This document shows positions 1-9,308 of a stretch of 44,509 bases of DNA, piece after piece; position 1 is the first letter of the stretch; every line of letters starts with the position of its first letter. Under the pieces are notes generated by a model. That model worked only from the letters and a program-made list of their open reading frames with translations, ran no database searches and had not been told where the DNA came from. Made by a program: the position numbers and the translations under genes. Source of the stretch: Candidatus Asgardarchaeum abyssi (GTDB taxonomy: Archaea; Asgardarchaeota; Asgardarchaeia; Asgardarchaeales; Asgardarchaeaceae); NCBI GenBank assembly GCA_040225955.1, contig JBECUL010000014.1, forward strand, positions 1 to 44,509, in the 5' to 3' direction.

Positions 1-357
1 AGCCGAGGTTTAGAGAGTTTCGTGAGGACATCCGTGAGTCGTTTTACGTTTTTGTGCTGGTTTGGGAGGGAGTTGTCGAGTTTGAGGTTACTGAGGTTAT
101 TACTATTAGTGGGGTTCGTGGTATCCCGTACAAGTGTGAGCGTGAGAGCTGGCCGCCGCCGGTGATGATAGCAATATGACTTGTGATTGTGATGTCTACT
201 GGTTATTCTAATATTTGATGCGTACGATGCTTTCACATGACTTTTTGGTGTGTGCGCGGAATATTTTTATTGGGGAATTTTGAAAATTCATGGAGGACTG
301 AGGCGGATCTTGGTGTCTAGGGAGCGTACTCATTTCGAAAATAGTGCGGAAGTACTG
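1..357 (+). mobile_element. Right part of an insertion sequence (ISH3/IS701-like TIR), cut by the window edge
   Basis: GC-richer segment. An open frame 3..179 (PRFREFREDIRESF...ESWPPPVMIAI*) is followed by a non-coding end that terminates in TAGTGCGGAAGTACTG (342-357). The 210-357 end recurs in reverse complement at 11416-11560 and 33475-~33560. Family assignment rests on the CAGTA terminus and the 5-bp TSDs of its MITE relatives. Confidence 0.7.
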
Positions 358-504
358 AGTATAGAAAAATATTTTTAACACATGTTAATTTTTCCATAAA
401 AAATAATAACTTAATGTATAAAAGTTTATCAAAAAAATTCACAACATTTATTAGCAAGTGAACCTTAAAATCAATCGAATAACAACTAAAAGAGGTTGAT
501 AGAT

Positions 505-1758
505 GTGGCTAATGTTTTTAAAGATCCATATGAAATGGCTATTGAACAACTTGAACATGTTGCTAAAATAATGAATCTTGATAAAGGTATTGTAAAGTAT
601 CTTAAGAAGCCTAAAAGATCAGTTGAAGTAGCTATACCTGTTATCATGGATAATGGGGAGATTGAAGTTTTCATGGGATATAGAGTACATCATAATGATG
701 TTAGAGGCCCCTGTAAAGGTGGTATTCGTTATCACCCTAGTGTAACTCTCAATGAGGTAAAGGCTCTTGCTATGTGGATGACTTGGAAAACGGCAGTTGT
801 GAATTTACCCTATGGTGGTGCAAAAGGAGGCGTTGTTTGTGATCCAAAAAAGATGTCTGAAAAAGAGCTAGAGAAATTAACAAGAAGGTATATTGTCGCA
901 ATACTTGATGTTATTGGACCATATAAGGATGTTCCTGCACCAGATATTAATACAAATCCGAAAGTTATGGCATGGATAATGGATACATATAGCATGTACC
1001 ATGGATATGCAATACCAGAGGTTGTAACGGGTAAACCACTATCAGTTGGTGGTATTGCTGGAAGATTAGAAGCTACAGGTCGTGGTGTCATTATTGTTCT
1101 CAGAGAATTTTTAAAAAAACTTAACATGAATAGTAGTAACATAAAAATTGCGATTCAAGGCTTTGGTAATGTCGGCTCTCATGCGGCATTAACAGCAAAG
1201 GAATTTGGATATAAGGTGGTTGCCGTAAGTGATGTCGAAGGAGGCGTTTATAATCCAGATGGCTTAGAACCAGAAAAGGTACTCGAATACTCCAGGAAAA
1301 CTGGATCTGTTGTAGGATATCCTGAGGCAAAGACTATAACAAATGAAGAACTACTAGCTTTAGATGTTGACGTTCTAATTCCTGCAGCAATTGAAGGTAC
1401 TATTCATAGAAAGAATGCCGATAATATAAATGCAAAAATAATTATCGAAGGAGCTAACGGTCCTGTAACCCCTGAAGCAGATAGAATACTCAATGAGAAG
1501 GGTGTTGTAATAGTTCCTGACATTTTAGCCAATGCTGGTGGTGTAATCGTTAGCTACTTAGAATGGAATCAGAATCTGCACAGGGAAATATGGACTTTGG
1601 AGGAAGTACGTGCAAAACTTATGGCCCAGATGACTACAGCATTCAATGAAGTCTATTCTGTTTTTAAGGAAAAAGAAGTCACGATGAGAGAGGCCGCATA
1701 TATTGTTGCTCTAACAAGAGTCGTAGATGCACTGATGGACAGAGGCATATGGCCTTAA
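505..1758 (+). CDS. gdhA: Glu/Leu/Phe/Val dehydrogenase, glutamate dehydrogenase
   Basis: Motifs GPCKGGIRYHP, LPYGGAKGGV, DVPAPDINT, IQGFGNVG, EGANGP and PDILANAGGV. ORF opens at TTG 496; GTG 505 follows a GAGGT RBS. Confidence 0.95.
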   Translation: MANVFKDPYEMAIEQLEHVAKIMNLDKGIVKYLKKPKRSVEVAIPVIMDNGEIEVFMGYRVHHNDVRGPCKGGIRYHPSVTLNEVKALAMWMTWKTAVVNLPYGGAKGGVVCDPKKMSEKELEKLTRRYIVAILDVIGPYKDVPAPDINTNPKVMAWIMDTYSMYHGYAIPEVVTGKPLSVGGIAGRLEATGRGVIIVLREFLKKLNMNSSNIKIAIQGFGNVGSHAALTAKEFGYKVVAVSDVEGGVYNPDGLEPEKVLEYSRKTGSVVGYPEAKTITNEELLALDVDVLIPAAIEGTIHRKNADNINAKIIIEGANGPVTPEADRILNEKGVVIVPDILANAGGVIVSYLEWNQNLHREIWTLEEVRAKLMAQMTTAFNEVYSVFKEKEVTMREAAYIVALTRVVDALMDRGIWP

Positions 1759-1790
1759 CTTTCTTCGCTTTTATGTTTATTTATTTTTTT
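1759..1790 (+). terminator. T-rich archaeal terminator of gdhA
   Basis: Several oligo-T runs directly after the stop codon (…TTTATTTATTTTTTTT). Confidence 0.5.
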
Positions 1791-2090
1791 CTATGAAAAA
1801 CTTGCCGATCCCACTCTATCTTCCACTCCGCCACTTTTAAATATTTCTAACATCCGCCTTAGCTCGTTTATCTCGACTTTTATCATCTTCTCGTATCTCC
1901 TCGCATACGCCTCTATCCGTTTCAGCTTCCTCGTAATTAATTGACTCTTACTGGCATCTCTATACTTCTCCCCCTTCATCACCAGCGCATGCATCACTAC
2001 CAAAAGCTTCCTTGCCAACGCCACTAACGCTACCTTGTGCCCTCTTCTCTTCATAATATTGTAATAGAACAAGTATAAGCTCTTCGTAGT
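1791..2090 (-). pseudogene. IS110-family transposase, C-terminal remnant
   Basis: FYYNIMKRRGHKVALVALARKLLVVMHALVMKGEKY matches the typical IS110 C-terminal helix. The N-terminal DEDD domain is absent and the upstream frame runs into unrelated DNA. Confidence 0.8.
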
Positions 2091-2199
2091 AATTAAGAAA
2101 AAAATTGTCCATAGTGATTCAGAAAAATAATGTCCATTTTCTTTTAGTATTGTACAAGCACGAGTTGAGTTGGTGTAATCTGCAAGACATGCGTTATTA

Positions 2200-2270
2200 C
2201 AGTACTTCCGCACTAATTAGGTGAAAAATCCGTATTGGTTGCGAAAAAATTATTTTTTCCGCCGCACTCC
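2200..2270 (+). mobile_element. Solo left end of the CAGTACTTCCGCACTA element family
   Basis: CAGTACTTCCGCACTAATTAGGTGAAAAATCCGTATTGGTTGCGAAAA matches the reverse complement of 33559-33614 and, more loosely, of 2440-2487. Confidence 0.75.
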
Positions 2271-2325
2271 TTTTTGTCAGTGAAAAAATGATAGAAATGG
2301 AATTTTTATCATACACAACGAAATA

Positions 2326-2607
2326 AAGATTTCGTCTGGTACAGTACTTCCGCACTATTTTTTGGCTGGAGATGGACGTTAGTGGTTGGAAGGATGCTTG
2401 GAATTGCCGCCTCAACCTATGAAAATCAAATCGTAATAACCTTCCGCAACCAATACGGATTTTCATCAAATTAGTGCGGAAGTACTGTGGTAACATCTTG
2501 AGAATAGGTGATATAACACCGTTTTGGCACTTAGGAGTTGAAGGCTCATGGTAAATCATTTATAAATCACCCATTTTCGGATGTTACCTTCGTCTAGACG
2601 AAATCTT
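2326..2607. mobile_element. Outer MITE with long imperfect TIRs, interrupted by a nested MITE
   Basis: Perfect 16-bp inverted repeat 2322-2337 / 2596-2611. With the nested element removed, the arms continue as GGTAACATC-N-GA-N-AAT-R-GGTGAT (2489-2512 / 2566-2588). The right arm is 21/23 identical to 44376-44398. Flanked by TA on both sides. Confidence 0.6.
2342..2487. mobile_element. 146-bp MITE
   Basis: Perfect 16-bp TIRs CAGTACTTCCGCACTA (2342-2357) / TAGTGCGGAAGTACTG (2472-2487) and a 5-bp target duplication TGGTA (2337-2341, 2488-2492). Confidence 0.9.
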
Positions 2608-2629
2608 TATTAATGACCAAGTTATTAAT
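2597..2629 (+). promoter_or_regulatory. Candidate BRE/TATA promoter of the hdr-glt operon
   Basis: GACGAAATC followed by TTTATTAA (2606-2613), with a second TTATTAAT at 2622-2629. AGGAG RBS precedes ATG 2678. Confidence 0.4.
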
Positions 2630-2677
2630 AGAAAGGGCGGAAATCTACCATCTACAATTTAAAAGGAGTCTGCTGAA

Positions 2678-5600
2678 ATGGAAAGTGCAACAGGCGATAT
2701 ACTTGTAGTCGGTGGTGGAGTTGCTGGCATTACAGCATCCTTAGAACTTGCTGAAAAAGGATTTAAAGTCTACTTAGTAGAGAAAGAGCCTTCAATTGGG
2801 GGTCGTATGGCTCAATTAGACAAAACTTTTCCAACTCTTGATTGTTCTATTTGTATTCTTGGACCAAAAATGGTTGAGGTTTCCAGGCATCCTAACATAC
2901 AACTTCTTACATATTCTGAAGTTATAGACGTAAAACCCATAAAAAACGGCTCCGCATTCAAGGTCAAAATACTTAAAAAACCACGATATGTAGATGAAGA
3001 AAAGTGTACAGGGTGTCGAAGGTGTACAGAAAAATGTCCAGTTAAGGTTCCTAGTGAATTTGAAGAACGAACAGGCTTAAGAAAAGCAATTTATATTCCT
3101 TTTCCTCAAGCTGTACCAAATATTGCAACCATTGACAAAAATCATTGTCTTTATTTTACTAAAGGGATTTGTAGAGTCTGTGAAAAAGTTTGCCCCATAA
3201 ATGCAATCAATTTTAACCAAAAGCCTCAAGAAATTGTAGTAGAAGTTGCTTCTATAATTATTGCAACTGGTTTTTCCCTCTTAGATCCGTCTATTCTACC
3301 ACAGTACGGGTATGGCAGATTTAAAGACGTTATAACCTCCTTACAATACGAACGTATTATGAATGCAGCTGGACCAACAGGTGGAGAAATCATTAGACCT
3401 TCAGATAAAACACATCCAAAAAGGATTGCAATTATTCAATGCATTGGATCTAGGAACAAAAAAATAAAGGACTATTGTTCGCAGATTTGTTGCATGTATG
3501 CAGCAAAACAGGCTATAGTTACGAAAGAACATAATCCAAATATAGATGTAATGGTTTTCTACAATGATCTAAATGCATCTGGCAAGGGTCACGAAGACTT
3601 ACTAAGAAGAGCTATTGAAGAATATGGAATTAAATACATAAAGGGTTTACCAAGCGAAGTTTTATGGGACGAAAAAAGTAAAAAATTATTAATAAGGTAT
3701 GCTGATCTTCTCAGCGGAGAAATTAAATCCATAGACGTGGATTTAGTAGTGCTTTGTCCTGCAGTAGTACCAAGGGAGGATACAACCAAATTAGCTGAAA
3801 TTTTCGGAGTAGAACTAAACAAGTTTGGGTTCTTTAAGTCTACTGGTAGTGTACCGGTCAATACTAATGTCCCCGGCATATATGTATGTGGTGCATGTCA
3901 AAACCCCAAAGATATTTCTCATAGCGTAATACAAGCACTAGCTGCTGCAGCTCAAGCAGCAAGCAGAGTAAAACATGTGAACAAGCAAAAAAACACTTCA
4001 AGTGGGGAAAAGCCTGTGAAAGATGAAAGATCGTTGAATCAAGAGCCGAGAATAGGGGTTTTCGTGTGTCACTGTGGTCTTAATATAGCTGCTGTTGTAG
4101 ATGTTAAGGCAGTCGTGGAGGAAGCGAAGAATCTTGATAATGTTGTTCATGCTGAAGATTTAATGTTCGCATGTTCTAAGGATGGGACAGAAAGAATTAA
4201 AGAAGCTATTAAAAAGTACAACCTTAACAGAGTTGTAGTGGCTTCATGTACTCCGAGAACTCATGAACCGTTGTTTCGCACCGCATGTGAAGAAGCTGGA
4301 CTAAATCCATACTTATTTGAAATGGTTAACATCAGGGAACAAGTTGCTTGGGTTCATAAAAATTACCCCGAAAAGGCAACCGAGAAAGCAAAAGAACTTG
4401 TTAGAATGGCTGTAGCGAAAGCAAGGCTCTTAGAACCGTTAGAGCGAATGGAAGTAGAAGTTACTCCTGCTGCTCTTGTTATTGGCGGAACAGTTAGTGG
4501 TCTTATAGCCGCGAAAAATATCGCTGACAGCGGATTTAAAACATATCTTGTCGAAAGCAGAGAGAAAATGGGATATGATCTATATCTCTACGAATACAAT
4601 GAAGGTGTTAAATGGATCTCTGAATTAATTAGCTCCATAAAAAAACATGAAAACATCGAGGTTCTTTCTTCCACCAAAATAGAAGATATTAAAGGCTCAA
4701 TAGGAAATTTTAGTGTTAAATTAAATCAAAATGGAGCTAATAAAGAAATTAAAGTTGGAACAGTTATTGTTGCAACCGGCGCCGAAGAGTTTAAACCAAA
4801 GGGTTTGTATGGCTACGGAAAATTCAGTAACATCTATACCCTAACTGAATTTCAGCAGATAGATGGCAACGTGAAAAATGAAGAAACCATAGTGTTTATC
4901 CTATGTGCTGGTAGTAGGGAAAATCTTGATCGAACGTACTGCTCTGCTGTTTGTTGTGAAAGAACTTTAATGGAAGCAGTTAAGATAAAGAATAAACATC
5001 CAAAACTGAATGTCTATGTGCTATACAGAGACATAAGGTTGCCAGTTAAAGGCGAAAAACTTTACCGCCAAGCTCGTGAACTTGGAATAATTTTCATAAG
5101 ATATAATTTAGATAAAAGACCTGAGGTCTATCAAGAAGACGGAAAACTTATCGTAAGTGCTTATGACATCACATCCTATGTAGACCTAAAAATATCCGCT
5201 GATAAAGTAGTTCTAGCTACACCAATTGTGCCTCCTGAAGAAAACCGTGAACTCGCATCTAAACTTAAAGTTCCTCTTAATAATTATGGATTTTTCTTAG
5301 AAGCCCATCCAAAACTTAGACCTGTAGATTTTGCTACCGATGGTATTTTTCTCTGCGGATTGGCGTATGGTCCGCAAAGATTAGATGAAAGTGTTTCCCA
5401 AGCGTTAGCTGCTGCTTCTAGAGCTCTTACTATACTAATGCGAGGAAAAGTGGCTACCGAGGGTATCATAGCTGATGTTAACCCGGAACTTTGTACAGGC
5501 TGTGGACGATGTGTAAACGTCTGCGAATTTGGCGCAATTAAACTAGAAATTGCTTCAAATGAACAGTTAGTGGCTAAAGTTAATCCACTATTATGTAAAG

Positions 5601-6130
5601 GCTGTGGCTCGTGCTCGGTTGAATGTCCAGCAAGAGCCATAACGATGCATCACTTTAGAACTGATCAAATTTTAAACATGCTTAGGGCGGCGTTTGAAAA
5701 ACCATTGCCAAGAGATCAAGTGAAAATCATAGCTTTTTTCTGTAATTGGTGCGGTTATGCTGCAGCAGATATGGCAGGTATAAGCCGCTACGAATATCCT
5801 CCAGCCGTTGAAATTATTCGAGTAATGTGTAGTGCTAGAGTAGATCCACTTCATATTTTATATGCTTTTCTACTAGGAGCCGATGGTGTGTTGATTGTTG
5901 GGTGTCATCCAGGTGATTGTCATTATATTTCAGGCAACTTAAGGGCCGAAGAACGCATATTAAGGGTAAAAGAATGGCTAAGAGACATTGGTTTGGAACC
6001 GGAAAGAGTTAGACTTGAATGGGCTTCGGCAGGAGAAGGATTAAGATTAGCCAAAATTATTGAGGAATTCACACTTCAAATAGAAGAGCTTGGATTAAAT
6101 CCTTTAAGAAGGAGGTTAATTGATGAGTAA
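2678..6130 (+). CDS. hdrA: Heterodisulfide reductase subunit A-like flavoprotein, tandem HdrA modules fused to C-terminal MvhD
   Basis: Module 1: GGGVAG FAD motif, LDKTFPTLDCSIC, inserted 2x[4Fe-4S], CSQICCMYAAK. Module 2: begins RIGVFVCHCG (~4049) with ASCTPRTHEPLF. Then a C-terminal ferredoxin and the MvhD motifs FCNWCGY, RVMCSARVD and GCHPGDCHY (~5720-6130). Confidence 0.93.
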   Translation: MESATGDILVVGGGVAGITASLELAEKGFKVYLVEKEPSIGGRMAQLDKTFPTLDCSICILGPKMVEVSRHPNIQLLTYSEVIDVKPIKNGSAFKVKILKKPRYVDEEKCTGCRRCTEKCPVKVPSEFEERTGLRKAIYIPFPQAVPNIATIDKNHCLYFTKGICRVCEKVCPINAINFNQKPQEIVVEVASIIIATGFSLLDPSILPQYGYGRFKDVITSLQYERIMNAAGPTGGEIIRPSDKTHPKRIAIIQCIGSRNKKIKDYCSQICCMYAAKQAIVTKEHNPNIDVMVFYNDLNASGKGHEDLLRRAIEEYGIKYIKGLPSEVLWDEKSKKLLIRYADLLSGEIKSIDVDLVVLCPAVVPREDTTKLAEIFGVELNKFGFFKSTGSVPVNTNVPGIYVCGACQNPKDISHSVIQALAAAAQAASRVKHVNKQKNTSSGEKPVKDERSLNQEPRIGVFVCHCGLNIAAVVDVKAVVEEAKNLDNVVHAEDLMFACSKDGTERIKEAIKKYNLNRVVVASCTPRTHEPLFRTACEEAGLNPYLFEMVNIREQVAWVHKNYPEKATEKAKELVRMAVAKARLLEPLERMEVEVTPAALVIGGTVSGLIAAKNIADSGFKTYLVESREKMGYDLYLYEYNEGVKWISELISSIKKHENIEVLSSTKIEDIKGSIGNFSVKLNQNGANKEIKVGTVIVATGAEEFKPKGLYGYGKFSNIYTLTEFQQIDGNVKNEETIVFILCAGSRENLDRTYCSAVCCERTLMEAVKIKNKHPKLNVYVLYRDIRLPVKGEKLYRQARELGIIFIRYNLDKRPEVYQEDGKLIVSAYDITSYVDLKISADKVVLATPIVPPEENRELASKLKVPLNNYGFFLEAHPKLRPVDFATDGIFLCGLAYGPQRLDESVSQALAAASRALTILMRGKVATEGIIADVNPELCTGCGRCVNVCEFGAIKLEIASNEQLVAKVNPLLCKGCGSCSVECPARAITMHHFRTDQILNMLRAAFEKPLPRDQVKIIAFFCNWCGYAAADMAGISRYEYPPAVEIIRVMCSARVDPLHILYAFLLGADGVLIVGCHPGDCHYISGNLRAEERILRVKEWLRDIGLEPERVRLEWASAGEGLRLAKIIEEFTLQIEELGLNPLRRRLIDE

Positions 6131-6635
6131 AGTAGTAATTTCTCCTAAATTAGTTGAGATAGATTCTAACTTAAAATTTGAGATTGCAAATACGGAATTA
6201 GGGGGTAAAGCTTTCTGGTGCATACAGTGTGGTATGTGTACCTCTGGATGTCCTGTTGCCGATTTTTTAAAACCCCACCGAATAGTTAGGATGGTAATGT
6301 TGGGACTTAAGGATCAACTAATCAACTGTAAGGAAATCTGGTTGTGTACTACATGTTTTACATGTTCAGAGAGATGTCCGCAAGAAGTTGATCCAGCAAA
6401 TATTATATTTTCATTAAAAAACATGGCAGCAGAACAAGGTGCAATTCCCAAAGGACTGAGAGATATAGGTAAGAATCTAGCCAAAACTGGGAGGGTTATT
6501 AAGGTTGGTACTGCTCGAGAAAGGGAAAGAATGAAACTTGGGCTTCCAAAGATTCCGCAAGTGCATGTTGAGAAAAATAGGAAAATACTGGAAGAAACTA
6601 GTCTTATAAAAACTTTGGAGAGGGCAAAGCAATGA
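6123..6635 (+). CDS. hdrC: Heterodisulfide reductase subunit C
   Basis: CIQCGMCTSGCP and WLCTTCFTCSERCPQ, plus C-terminal R..LGLP. Overlaps the hdrA stop. Confidence 0.92.
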   Translation: MSKVVISPKLVEIDSNLKFEIANTELGGKAFWCIQCGMCTSGCPVADFLKPHRIVRMVMLGLKDQLINCKEIWLCTTCFTCSERCPQEVDPANIIFSLKNMAAEQGAIPKGLRDIGKNLAKTGRVIKVGTARERERMKLGLPKIPQVHVEKNRKILEETSLIKTLERAKQ

Positions 6636-7513
6636 AATACGCATACTACTTGGGATGTTGGGTTCCAGCAAGAGTGAATCAGTATGATTTGTCTACGCGT
6701 GTTGTAGCAAAAAAACTTGGAATTGAACTTGTTGACCTAGAAGGTGCGGGTTGTTGCGGTACGGTACTTGTTCGTTCTGTAAACCTTAAGACTAATCTGG
6801 TGATGAGCGCTAGGATATTAGCGCTAGCTAAAAACATGGGACTTGATCTCCTTGTCATCTGCAACGGTTGTTACGAGTCTCTCATGGAAGCTGAGTATTT
6901 GGTTAAAACAAACGAAAATTTTAGAGAACAAGTTAATACCATACTCAAATCCACAGATAACATAGTCTATGAAGGTAATGAAAAAATTAAACACTTAATT
7001 CAAGTATTATATGATGATATAGGGCTTGAAAGACTTAGAGATGAGATCAAAAGACCGCTTGATGGGTTAAGAGTAGCAGTTCATTATGGCTGTCATATCT
7101 TACGTCCATCTTATAGATTGAAGTTTGACAATGCTGAGAATCCAAAAATACTCGATGATCTTGTTGAAATCACTGGTGCAAAGAGTATTTACTGGCCTTT
7201 AAAACTCTGGTGTTGCGGTTCGCCAATATTGGCGGTAAATAGGAATTTAAGTTTATCTATAGCTGGAATGAAACTTAAAAGTGCTAAAGAAGCTGGGGCT
7301 GACTGTATTGTAACCATTTGTCCATCATGTCAAATTCAATTTGACACTTTGCAACCAGAGATAAGCAAAGTTACTGGTGAGCAATACAATATGCCTGTAC
7401 TCCTTTATCCTCAGCTGCTCGGACTCGCTTTGGGTTTTACACCAGAAGAAGTAGGTTTACATCTCAATAAGATAAGTGCAGAAAGCTTGTTAAAGCATCA
7501 AAGTAAAGCTTAG
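6632..7513 (+). CDS. hdrB: Heterodisulfide reductase subunit B
   Basis: Two complete CCG domains (YYLGC…GCCG…CNGC and HYGCH…WCCG…CPSC). ATGA overlap with hdrC. Confidence 0.93.
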   Translation: MKYAYYLGCWVPARVNQYDLSTRVVAKKLGIELVDLEGAGCCGTVLVRSVNLKTNLVMSARILALAKNMGLDLLVICNGCYESLMEAEYLVKTNENFREQVNTILKSTDNIVYEGNEKIKHLIQVLYDDIGLERLRDEIKRPLDGLRVAVHYGCHILRPSYRLKFDNAENPKILDDLVEITGAKSIYWPLKLWCCGSPILAVNRNLSLSIAGMKLKSAKEAGADCIVTICPSCQIQFDTLQPEISKVTGEQYNMPVLLYPQLLGLALGFTPEEVGLHLNKISAESLLKHQSKA

Positions 7514-7515
7514 AG

Positions 7516-8631
7516 GTGAAAAGTGTGGTTAAGGTGCTTAAAAAGAAAGTTTGGGATGTAAATAGGTGTAGTGGGTGTGGGATGTGTGTTTCAACATGTG
7601 CAAAGAATGTTATACACTTTCCCGAAGATAGTGATCAACCAATTTTGGAGGTCAAAGAGAGAAACATTGGTTTGTCTCATGTAGTGGTAGATACTTGCTT
7701 CTTCTGCGAGAAGCCATGCGAAGAAAGTTGTCCCCGATTGAAAGAATGGAAAAATGGACCTGTAATTCGTATAATTTCCGCAGTTTCAAGGTTGCCGAGT
7801 GGTGACGTTATTGATGCATTACTAATTTCAGCACTTAGATGTGGACTCATTGACGGAGCAATTTTATGGGATGTAGAGAGAAATTCTTTTAAACCACTAC
7901 CTAGAGTTGCGACAAATGAAGATGAAATACTGAAAAGCGCAGGTTATCAACACTTATGGTTTCCAGTTCTTACAGCTTTAAATGACGCAATTTATGGAAG
8001 AGGATTAAGAAAAATAGCAATTGTTGGACCACCTTGCGTTGCCCAAGCGGTTAAAACCGTGCTTTCATCTACAAATAAAAAGCTTGAAATATATAGAGAA
8101 CGAATACGTTTAACCATCGGACTATTTTGTGATGGTATCTATTCCTATCAATTAGTAACCAACGAAATAGTTAATAGATTTAACATTAAACCCTACGATA
8201 TTAACACGGTAAAAGTAGATCTTAGAAACGCATTACTAAGAACTATAATGCATGATGGATCGGAAAAGGTTATCCCGTTGCCAGATATTCGAAAATATAT
8301 GAGGAACGGTTGCGCTCGCTGTACAGACTTCACATCGGAATGGGCTGATTTATCAGTTGGAGATTTAGGTTCAGAGAAAGGAAAAACTACTGTCATTGTT
8401 AGAACGCCTATTGGTGAAAACTGCTTGGATTATGCTATCAGAGAGGGAACTATAGAGATTGCGAAAACCCCCGTTAATATGGAAGAGATACAAAGATTTG
8501 TTTCAGACAAGAAAAGAAGAGAACAGGCACAAGAGGTAGATTCTCTTCTTTTATCAACGCTAAATGCTCTATCAGGCGAAAAAAGTAGAGAGGAAATCGA
8601 AGAAATGTTAAAGTCTATTGGGAGGAGGTAA
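7516..8631 (+). CDS. Coenzyme F420 hydrogenase/dehydrogenase beta-subunit family (FrhB/FdhB-like) protein with N-terminal ferredoxin
   Basis: CSGCGMCVSTC…CFFCEKPCEESCP, AIVGPPC, IGLFC, GCARCTDFTSEWADLSVGD and TVIVRT..G. Start may be GTG 7525. Confidence 0.88.
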   Translation: MKSVVKVLKKKVWDVNRCSGCGMCVSTCAKNVIHFPEDSDQPILEVKERNIGLSHVVVDTCFFCEKPCEESCPRLKEWKNGPVIRIISAVSRLPSGDVIDALLISALRCGLIDGAILWDVERNSFKPLPRVATNEDEILKSAGYQHLWFPVLTALNDAIYGRGLRKIAIVGPPCVAQAVKTVLSSTNKKLEIYRERIRLTIGLFCDGIYSYQLVTNEIVNRFNIKPYDINTVKVDLRNALLRTIMHDGSEKVIPLPDIRKYMRNGCARCTDFTSEWADLSVGDLGSEKGKTTVIVRTPIGENCLDYAIREGTIEIAKTPVNMEEIQRFVSDKKRREQAQEVDSLLLSTLNALSGEKSREEIEEMLKSIGRR

Positions 8632-8634
8632 ACG

Positions 8635-9294
8635 ATGGAATATAAAATAGATGCAAGTAATAAAGACTTAAAAACGGTAAATTCTGAGATTAGAAAGGTA
8701 ATTAAGAACGGAGTCGAGAAAATAGTAGTTGAAAATGCTTCCCATATTCATGGTCTTGCGGCAGGATTAAAAAACGGTAATGTTATCATAAACGGAGATG
8801 TAGGAGATTACACAGCTGCATTGAACGACGGTGCAACAATTACCATAAACGGTAATGCTGGTAAATTTTTGGCTGATAACATGACTAAAGGCACAATTAT
8901 TGTTAATGGAAATGCAGGATATGGAGCTGCAGAATATTGTTACGGTGGGTTAGTGGTAATACGTGGAGATGGCGGAGATTTTTTAGGCGCTTTAAATAAG
9001 GGGGCAACAATATTAGTTGCAGGGAATGCTGGAAACGACGTGGGGACCTACATGGTGGGAGGAGAAATAATAATAGTTGGAAATGTGGGTGAAAATGTGG
9101 GAAACTGGTTTATTCGCGGTAGCATTTTTGTTGGAGGAAAATGGCAAAGTTTAGGGCATAATTGCAAAGAGACACCGATAGAAAACGAAGATGTAAGGAA
9201 ACTTGAAGAATATTTTAATAAGTATAATATAAGCGCGGATCCGAAAAAATTTAAAAAAATAGTACCCATTTCGGTGAAGCCATTCTATAAATAA
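8635..9294 (+). CDS. Glutamate synthase domain 3 (GltB3, GXGXG/FwdC-like beta-helix)
   Basis: Repeated I-x-I-x-G-[DN]-[AV]-G-x-[FY]-x-[GA]-x-x-M-x-x-G units; ends FKKIVP. Confidence 0.88.
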   Translation: MEYKIDASNKDLKTVNSEIRKVIKNGVEKIVVENASHIHGLAAGLKNGNVIINGDVGDYTAALNDGATITINGNAGKFLADNMTKGTIIVNGNAGYGAAEYCYGGLVVIRGDGGDFLGALNKGATILVAGNAGNDVGTYMVGGEIIIVGNVGENVGNWFIRGSIFVGGKWQSLGHNCKETPIENEDVRKLEEYFNKYNISADPKKFKKIVPISVKPFYK

Positions 9295-9308
9295 GAGGTG
9301 ATAGTAGG

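Noticed and set aside
2091-2213. N-terminal part of the 140-aa ORF 1791..2213
   Set aside because: It starts inside a TIR and is unrelated to IS110; only the C-terminal ~100 aa are transposase-like.
2197-2559. 120-aa minus-strand ORF
   Set aside because: It runs through the MITEs and IS ends, has no recognisable motif, and is a chance frame.
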